A stretch of 64,000 nucleotides of DNA from an uncultured virus (IMG/VR IMGVR_UViG_3300008108_000027) (lineage: Duplodnaviria; Heunggongvirae; Uroviricota; Caudoviricetes): the IMG/VR virus record IMGVR_UViG_3300008108_000027. One strand, written 5' to 3'. Of this stretch, positions 57,018-64,000 are shown one piece after another. Under the pieces are notes generated by a model. It was not told the origin of the DNA. It saw only the letters and a list, made by a program, of their open reading frames with translations, and did no database searches. Each line of letters starts with the position of its first letter. Position 1 is the stretch's first letter. Both the position numbers and the translations under genes were made by a program.

Positions 57018-60000
57018 TTATGTTGTAAAGTTTAAACATATTTCATAATATGAACCGAGGTGGAACAACGGATCATCAGTTGTAAAATCAATAAACAATG
57101 TGTGTGTTGTTCCTGCCGATAAGAAATATGGTCCAGGTACAATGATATTCTGAATAACAGGACCCATTGTACATCCTTGATTCAAGTCTTGTGATGTTGC
57201 AGATGCTAACAATGTTCCATCAAGATAGAAAGCTATGTTTTCATAACCCGTATCTTGTAATTCGGCTAAACCACTAAAACTTAAGTGTAAATAAGTATCA
57301 ACCGGACCTACTGTTATTGTTGCAGTTGCGGTACCATTTTGTGTTATATCACACGTACCACCACAGTTTAATGAATCCGCAATATTAAATCTAACACATA
57401 AATTATTTGGTGATACTACCCACTCAGCCGTTTCGCAACCCGTGACTCCTGACGTATTCTTAGTTGTTGTCCATATTAAACCAGATACAGGTAATGTTCC
57501 TGTTGGCGTAGATGTACTAGTAGGTGTTGGTGTAGATGTACTAGTAGGTGTTGGCGTACTAGTAGAAGTAGGTGTTGGTGTAGATGTACTAGTAGGTGTT
57601 GGCGTACTAGTAGGTGTTGGCGTACTAGTAGAAGTAGGTGTTGGCGTACTAGTTTCAGTTGGTGTTGGTGAAGGTGTTGGGGTTGGAGTTGCGGTAGGTG
57701 TTGGTGTGGGTGCTAATTGTAACTCAGCGGTACAACACTCTGGTATTTGTGATGCACCGTAAACCACTAATGACGGAATTGTTTGTATTAATGTTGGTGT
57801 ATGTGGATATGTTAAAGGTATATTATATATTTTACCATCCACGTTCGCAACATATAATGAACCATTATCTTGGAATATTCCATATGGTGTTGTGGCAGTT
57901 GTATTTAAATCTGAACTTGTTTCAAATAAACCTGTATTATAATCATATTGAACTAAAAATACACCACCTAATTTTGTTATTGTTATTAAAATTTTATTAT
58001 TTGTAGTAAACATTATATCTCCGGCAATTGACTCAGTTGGTAGTAATGAAAATATTACATTTACCGTAGCCACAGAATTACTTACGTCTATTTCTATGAT
58101 TTCCCACAAACCAGATATACCATTGTATGATGATGACAATAATTTAGTATCATTTATTGCACATAATCCAGCACCAATATTTATTCCACTTGGTAAAGAT
58201 ACAATCCTATTAAATGTTGTCGACCAAGGATTAGTACTTATATCCCATTCATATATAAAGGAATTATATAACCACATCTTATTTAATGTGTGAGCAATAT
58301 CTGCGGAAAATATAAATGTACCTAAATTGGTTTTAGTGTTTGAAGAATAATCATAATAATAAACATCATTAGAATCATCATTAATTAAAACACTACATTC
58401 AGGTAATATTAGATTTGATGGTATTGAACATTCACCTACTGATGAGATTCCAGATAATGGTAATGTGGAACTCGTGTTACCAGTCCAAATGTATGTATCA
58501 TTAGAAACAGGATATTCACTATTGTTACCTAAGTAACCATATATTTGACCGCCAACTGTATTTGTGAAAAGGTCATAAGTTTCCCTATGTTCCCATATAG
58601 TTGTACCACTATTCCAAACAACATATGTAATAAAACCAGGAATAGAAAGACTAATTAACATATAATTAATTTTACCATCATAATATGTGTAAGATTGTCC
58701 ACTAAAAATAAAATTAGAACTGTTTCCGGAAGTTAAATAAAAGCATAATTCAGGTAAACAATCATTTAACTGTGAATTTACTAAACCAAATTGATCTTCA
58801 ATACGAATCCAATTTTCTGTCGGTTCATTTGTTGGTGTGTCAAGGTTAACATTTAAATAACTTAAAACACCATATACAGTATCGGGTATTTTGTTTACAA
58901 CATCATAATTAGAATAGTTTTCCCATCTTGTTGTACCACTATTCCAAACAACAACACCGAATGGATAAGTCATGCCTGTTCCTGTATTTGTGTAACCTAA
59001 ACTATAGTAGTACTTACCATCATGGTATCCTGCAGGGTATCTAAGATTAACATTAGATCCCATATTACCAAAAGTTTCACCAGGGTCGTATGTAAAACAT
59101 ACTTGTGGTGGACAATCATTTACTGTTGTAATGTACGCTCCAAGTTCAGGATTATAATCATAAACCCATTGATATTGTGAACTACTAATTGGTGTGTTTC
59201 CACTATAATTTAAATACGAATATAATGTTCCTGATGTTCCGACATTTACGTCAAAGTTTTCCCAATTTTCCCATCTAGTTGTGCCACTGTTCCATATCAA
59301 ATAATATGGGAAATTTACATCAGTAGATTTATAATAATTTCTATTGTTATACACACCAAATATTTCGTAGATATATGAAGTATATTGTGTTGTTGATGAG
59401 TATGTTCCTATTAAACAAATGTCACTACATATTTCATCACTACAATCATCCGGTAATTGTTGTGTTGGTGGTATACAATTTCCACTAATTGAATTTATTA
59501 TTTGGTAACTTGCAGATGGTAAATCAATAATATTCCAAGAATATGATCCTTCAACGATTGGTAAATTTGGATTTTCATTATATTGGTACAATGTACCTGA
59601 ATTTAATGATGATCTATATTCCCATCTATTATTATTTATCGACCAAGAAACATAATAAACAAACGTATCGTTTTTAGGACTAAAAATATATGATGGTTTT
59701 TCATTAACGATAACCCCCGGACTAACTGTTACAAATTCAGGGTTAGAAAACGCTTCGGCAGCAATTTCAAAACATATAGTTGGTTCGGTAAAATATTCTG
59801 TAGGGCAATCTTCAATATCACTATAGAATTGTTGTGGACAATCTTCTATTAAATTAGAAACATGTGTTTGATATTTGTGTTGTAGTAATACTTGATGACT
59901 ATCGTTACCATTAAATATTATTAAATCTTCACCGACAGGTACATCTCTACCAGAAGTTTCAAAATTAAAATTATAATACATATTTGGTTCACAGTAATCA

Positions 60001-63000
60001 AGATCTACCGCAATAACCTCAATAGGAAAACCATCGACATTCAATAAGAAATCACCATAATTTTCATAATAATCTTTTGGATATGGACAACATGGTTCTG
60101 GTGGTGTTTCTCCGGGTAATTGTAAATGTTCAGGTATTCTCTCATCAAGGAAATAATCTGTTTTAGTTACAATACCTCCATCAACTATTTTGTTTGTATA
60201 TACTCTTAATTTTGTTGTTGGTAAAACTTCAATAACTGTTGTTGTATTATTTACTGTTCTTCCCGTTATTAAACTTTTCTTAACAGATCCAAGACATTCT
60301 ATACTTTTTACTTCATTATAATCATATTGAAAAGTAAAGGCATATCCATATAGATAAGCAAGTTTAAAATCTTGATATGAGAAATTACATGGTTTATATG
60401 TTGCGGTTAATAAAATATCACCAACAACAACGTCCTCAACATTTGTTATTTCAATATCACCAAAATTAATATAATGTACTATTGCGTTGTAATCTATTGT
60501 ACCGTTTTCTATTTGAATTATTGGAAACTGTCCAACAATTTTTAAAACTTTACTATCAGACAATAATCCATAATCATAAGATGGTTCATATTTTAATCTT
60601 GGTACGAATATACAGTCAATAAAATTATCACAAAATGTGACCGCTGTTTGTGAAGAAATTAATGTTTCACCACTACAAGGTAGTGAACATCCACTCATAT
60701 ATGTATTGATAACAAATTGTTGATAATATTCTTTAGACTCATTATGTTCATATTTTTTCTGAAATCCGTCTATTGATATTTTTGTCTCACAATTAGCAGC
60801 ATCTAAAAAATTTAATTCTATTTTTTTACTAAGAGAAGCACCTGATATAGATATTTTACAATTATCAACTTCACCAAATTTAATTCCTGTACTTGTTGTT
60901 CCAGTTTTACCTGTGATAAACATACAATCAGAGTGGTAATAAGTAGAAGAACCAAAACCACCTTTTTGTATACCAACATTATTTTTAAGTACAATATCTA
61001 AATCAATAATAGGACAATAGTCTGTTTGACACTCTGTTGTATTTACATTAATATCTAAATCATTATTACATATTGGATTTATTGGTGTATATTCAGTGTC
61101 AAATCTATATATAAAATAATCTTCAACAGAACAATCATTAAAATCATATTTTATTGATGTGAATCTAACTTTTTCTTTACCGTCAATATCGGTGAAAAAT
61201 TCAAAAGTTAACTTTGGTTTATATTCCCATGTGTATGTTGAATTAGGTTGTTGTAGAAAAGGTTCGTAATTTTCATATCCCGCAGTATATCCCGTTGTAA
61301 ATTTATTTACAACATTTTCAACCAACCCAGATAATGCAACCACCCAAAGTTCTTTTATTTTATCGACATCGGGATCTACAAATTCTTTATAGTCACATAT
61401 CAAAGGCAATGCCGTTGTACCGCTATCAGGTAAAATTGTACAACCAGTCATTGGCATTGGATTAAATAATTTAGCACTGTTACTTGTATTTGTTGTCCCA
61501 CTAACAAGTACACAATAAGGGTGTCCAGAAAACACATATCCATCAATTTCTATTATTGGACAATATGTTACCCCTGTTATATTGATTAATCCTCTAAAAT
61601 TTTCTTCTTCACCTAATATTGTTTCTAAATCTTCATTTATCGCATCACCAAAATTTGGGTATAAATTCTCAACTATTGTTTTTGGTTGACATCCTAAATT
61701 ATATTTATATTTTGGTCTACCAAAAAAGTTATTATCTATTAAATTACCTCCTGTCCATAATGTAGTTGCGGGAATTACTTGATCAAGTATTTGCATCCAA
61801 TATGGACTCATTCGTTGTATAAACTCATGTGAATCAATATAATTATAAGAAGTAAAACCAGTGCTAGTGAAATAAGATGTGTAAACATCCTCGAGTGCAA
61901 TGTAATTTTTCTTATATCTTATAACGTGGGAATTTTTTAATTGGGAATGTAATGTCTTTTCTAAAAATTCCGCAAATGTGACACCTGTTTGTGGATATAA
62001 TGTATTTGAACCGAATGTTAATAATAAATCTCTAGATTTTCTCCAAATATCATAATCGATCGCCCTACTTGGTGATAAGTAGACTTCAATATTTTTTCTA
62101 TTTAAAACATAAGATGAATTTCCATCATAGAAACTGGCCTTAACGTTATCTATTTCAGAATCCAAACCATATCCAGTATCTAATCCTGGTAATGTTCTAA
62201 AAACGTCAAAATATTCTTCACCATAAGAATATGGTTTTGCCTTTGTTTTAATCGTTTTTGTTCTACCTGTTAAAATAGAATTTTCTTCATCAAGTATATC
62301 GGGTGTTCTATGTTTTAAAGTCATATCATACCATCCCGAACCTTTCTGAAAAAATATATCACTTATTGGATCAAATGCTCTTCTAGGTAATCCGGTTTTT
62401 TCATCAACAGGATAACCCTCTCTATTAAATGTTGTTAATCCTTGTTCTATATTTTTTGTATAAAGATATGTTGTTGGTGAAAATAATGCTGTCGTTAAAA
62501 ATTTACTTCTTTGTAAAACATCATAGATATCATTTTCGAGGTCACTAGAATTTGGCATTGATGTGACTCTGTAAATATATTCATCAATTCTTATTAAAGG
62601 TTCAGGTGCACCCAAAAATCTTAGAAAGAAATGTATCGATGATCTAGTTCCTTTTGATTTATATAGATAGGCTAAATTAACTAATAGTCTTCTATAGAAT
62701 TCATATTCGGCTTCAATTAAATTTTTACCAATACTTTGTGATGAATAGTTAGATCTACTTCTACTATACAATGCACTATCTAATGTATCTTCATCAAATA
62801 AACTAACAGTGGTCAAACCTAAATTTTCCGCTAAATTCTTAAGTAGAATATCGGGTAAATTATTTATACCATCATAACTTACATTTCTCATGTAAGCGAT
62901 GTTGTCTATATATTTCTTTATTTTATCAAAACTTTGTCCATATAATTGAAAAACACTTTCTGCCTTTTTTTCATCAGAATCAAACTCATACAATTGGGGT

Positions 63001-64000
63001 GATGTTAAAAATCTAATAAATAAATTAGATTTATAATTATCGATTTCGTCTCCTAAATTTTTTAAACTATCTAGATACCCATCAAAATCAGAACCAATTA
63101 TTTTTATATTCCAACCATCTTTAGATAATGGCCAATTATATGCAACTTGTATTAAATTTGTATTTGTTTTATCAAAATTTTCTCTTGGCACAACAAAAAA
63201 TGCAGTAAACTTTGGATTAGTTTCTCTATTAACTAATTGTTCCTCAATTTCATCTAAACTTTTATAAAACTCCTCAACAATACCATCATTTGGTCTAACT
63301 AATATATTTTCAGTATAAGTCGTGTCGCCAGAAAACGGATTACCCTTTATTTTTAATTTAAAGTTACTTTTACTGTCTGGTTGTACAAAGTCAACTATTT
63401 CGTAAGGTTGTTCTTTGATTACTGTTACATATTTCTTAAATGAAGAATAAAAGTTTCTAATATTAGTATCACCATCAGGTAAGGTATTACTTTGTGGTCT
63501 ACTTAATTTTATTTCAAACGTATTAAATAGTCTAGGTAACTCAACTTCAAAAATTGTTGTGTCTCTATCAATATCGTATGATATATTATAGGCCGTATAT
63601 TGATTTGTTACAATTAAACTGTCTTTGTCTATTAAAAAAGATGCGGGATATTTTTTAATAATATTTTTAATTGATACTTCTAATCTTCTAGATAACGACC
63701 CGAATAAAGATTTACCAGCATCATTTTTAGCATTTCTAAATCTCAACTCTCTGTCACTTTTTTTAGTCGATGACATTAATGGAGTTGAAAATTCATTTTC
63801 TTCTTCTTTTAACGTGTCTAATGTTAAAAAATCCGAAAACGGACTTGTTCTAAAATTTTTACTGTCTTTTTCAGGAATTGCTCTATCTAAAGCAAAGTTG
63901 GTATTAGTTAATTGACTAGACCCATCGGTAATTTGCACACCGACTAAACTATCACTAAAGGTTTCTCTTCCACTTGCTGCCTGACTTGGTACTTTTCTTC
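57018..64000 (-). CDS. Giant baseplate wedge/tail protein (>2300 aa; start outside the window)
   Basis: Frame open to the window edge (RKVPSQAASG...); YRRLLVNLAYLYKSKGTRSSI tail/baseplate motif; Hint-like segment, WNSGTTRWE repeats, propeller-like region, Pro/Thr tract. Confidence 0.8.
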   Translation of the reverse strand, partial: RKVPSQAASGRETFSDSLVGVQITDGSSQLTNTNFALDRAIPEKDSKNFRTSPFSDFLTLDTLKEEENEFSTPLMSSTKKSDRELRFRNAKNDAGKSLFGSLSRRLEVSIKNIIKKYPASFLIDKDSLIVTNQYTAYNISYDIDRDTTIFEVELPRLFNTFEIKLSRPQSNTLPDGDTNIRNFYSSFKKYVTVIKEQPYEIVDFVQPDSKSNFKLKIKGNPFSGDTTYTENILVRPNDGIVEEFYKSLDEIEEQLVNRETNPKFTAFFVVPRENFDKTNTNLIQVAYNWPLSKDGWNIKIIGSDFDGYLDSLKNLGDEIDNYKSNLFIRFLTSPQLYEFDSDEKKAESVFQLYGQSFDKIKKYIDNIAYMRNVSYDGINNLPDILLKNLAENLGLTTVSLFDEDTLDSALYSRSRSNYSSQSIGKNLIEAEYEFYRRLLVNLAYLYKSKGTRSSIHFFLRFLGAPEPLIRIDEYIYRVTSMPNSSDLENDIYDVLQRSKFLTTALFSPTTYLYTKNIEQGLTTFNREGYPVDEKTGLPRRAFDPISDIFFQKGSGWYDMTLKHRTPDILDEENSILTGRTKTIKTKAKPYSYGEEYFDVFRTLPGLDTGYGLDSEIDNVKASFYDGNSSYVLNRKNIEVYLSPSRAIDYDIWRKSRDLLLTFGSNTLYPQTGVTFAEFLEKTLHSQLKNSHVIRYKKNYIALEDVYTSYFTSTGFTSYNYIDSHEFIQRMSPYWMQILDQVIPATTLWTGGNLIDNNFFGRPKYKYNLGCQPKTIVENLYPNFGDAINEDLETILGEEENFRGLINITGVTYCPIIEIDGYVFSGHPYCVLVSGTTNTSNSAKLFNPMPMTGCTILPDSGTTALPLICDYKEFVDPDVDKIKELWVVALSGLVENVVNKFTTGYTAGYENYEPFLQQPNSTYTWEYKPKLTFEFFTDIDGKEKVRFTSIKYDFNDCSVEDYFIYRFDTEYTPINPICNNDLDINVNTTECQTDYCPIIDLDIVLKNNVGIQKGGFGSSTYYHSDCMFITGKTGTTSTGIKFGEVDNCKISISGASLSKKIELNFLDAANCETKISIDGFQKKYEHNESKEYYQQFVINTYMSGCSLPCSGETLISSQTAVTFCDNFIDCIFVPRLKYEPSYDYGLLSDSKVLKIVGQFPIIQIENGTIDYNAIVHYINFGDIEITNVEDVVVGDILLTATYKPCNFSYQDFKLAYLYGYAFTFQYDYNEVKSIECLGSVKKSLITGRTVNNTTTVIEVLPTTKLRVYTNKIVDGGIVTKTDYFLDERIPEHLQLPGETPPEPCCPYPKDYYENYGDFLLNVDGFPIEVIAVDLDYCEPNMYYNFNFETSGRDVPVGEDLIIFNGNDSHQVLLQHKYQTHVSNLIEDCPQQFYSDIEDCPTEYFTEPTICFEIAAEAFSNPEFVTVSPGVIVNEKPSYIFSPKNDTFVYYVSWSINNNRWEYRSSLNSGTLYQYNENPNLPIVEGSYSWNIIDLPSASYQIINSISGNCIPPTQQLPDDCSDEICSDICLIGTYSSTTQYTSYIYEIFGVYNNRNYYKSTDVNFPYYLIWNSGTTRWENWENFDVNVGTSGTLYSYLNYSGNTPISSSQYQWVYDYNPELGAYITTVNDCPPQVCFTYDPGETFGNMGSNVNLRYPAGYHDGKYYYSLGYTNTGTGMTYPFGVVVWNSGTTRWENYSNYDVVNKIPDTVYGVLSYLNVNLDTPTNEPTENWIRIEDQFGLVNSQLNDCLPELCFYLTSGNSSNFIFSGQSYTYYDGKINYMLISLSIPGFITYVVWNSGTTIWEHRETYDLFTNTVGGQIYGYLGNNSEYPVSNDTYIWTGNTSSTLPLSGISSVGECSIPSNLILPECSVLINDDSNDVYYYDYSSNTKTNLGTFIFSADIAHTLNKMWLYNSFIYEWDISTNPWSTTFNRIVSLPSGINIGAGLCAINDTKLLSSSYNGISGLWEIIEIDVSNSVATVNVIFSLLPTESIAGDIMFTTNNKILITITKLGGVFLVQYDYNTGLFETSSDLNTTATTPYGIFQDNGSLYVANVDGKIYNIPLTYPHTPTLIQTIPSLVVYGASQIPECCTAELQLAPTPTPTATPTPTPSPTPTETSTPTPTSTSTPTPTSTPTPTSTSTPTPTSTSTPTPTSTSTPTPTSTSTPTGTLPVSGLIWTTTKNTSGVTGCETAEWVVSPNNLCVRFNIADSLNCGGTCDITQNGTATATITVGPVDTYLHLSFSGLAELQDTGYENIAFYLDGTLLASATSQDLNQGCTMGPVIQNIIVPGPYFLSAGTTHTLFIDFTTDDPLFHLGSYYEICLNFTT
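57500..57712. repeat. Pro/Thr/Ser-coding tandem repeats
   Basis: About 70 aa of TPTPTSTS units. Confidence 0.9.

Noticed and set aside
50252..57712. Tandem GTTGGTGTACTAGT-type repeats as a CRISPR array
   Set aside because: No unique spacers; units are multiples of 3 that encode Pro/Thr tracts in long ORFs; no cas genes.
1..64000. Stop-codon reassignment (TAG or TGA read-through)
   Set aside because: Genes are long and tile densely under the standard code, and TAG and TGA end genes at sensible positions (e.g. nusG, ruvC).
1..64000. tRNA or rRNA genes
   Set aside because: No cloverleaf or rRNA-like segments were seen; intergenic gaps are short and AT-rich apart from 46903-46972.

Overview
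AT-rich, gene-dense window, mostly on the minus strand, from a large (jumbo-type) tailed dsDNA phage. It uses the standard genetic code. The host is most likely Bacteroidota: TAnnTTTG -7 promoter boxes lie upstream of several genes, there are no Shine-Dalgarno sites, and an Hc1-like protein is present. Left to right it holds: small accessory genes, thyA and a DNA methyltransferase; a 9-kb glycan locus (six glycosyltransferase-like genes, an FdtA-like isomerase, a DegT aminotransferase and four SAM methyltransferases); a metalloprotease lipoprotein and two tail-fibre-like genes; Grx, Trx, an AAA ATPase, NusG and a Dam-like methylase; a putative lysis/envelope cassette with an A10 frameshift site and a degenerate amidase; sigma-70, ClpP, SbcC/SbcD, an exonuclease, primase and RuvC; and a block of Cys-rich virion proteins with mucin-like Pro/Thr tracts. 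The best leads are (1) a possible virion O-glycosylation system, (2) an unannotated ~70-nt structured RNA with its own promoter and terminator, (3) the A10 frameshift, (4) a cryptic Hint-like domain in the giant baseplate protein, and (5) a two-class promoter system. All family calls come from motif recognition by eye; no searches were run.
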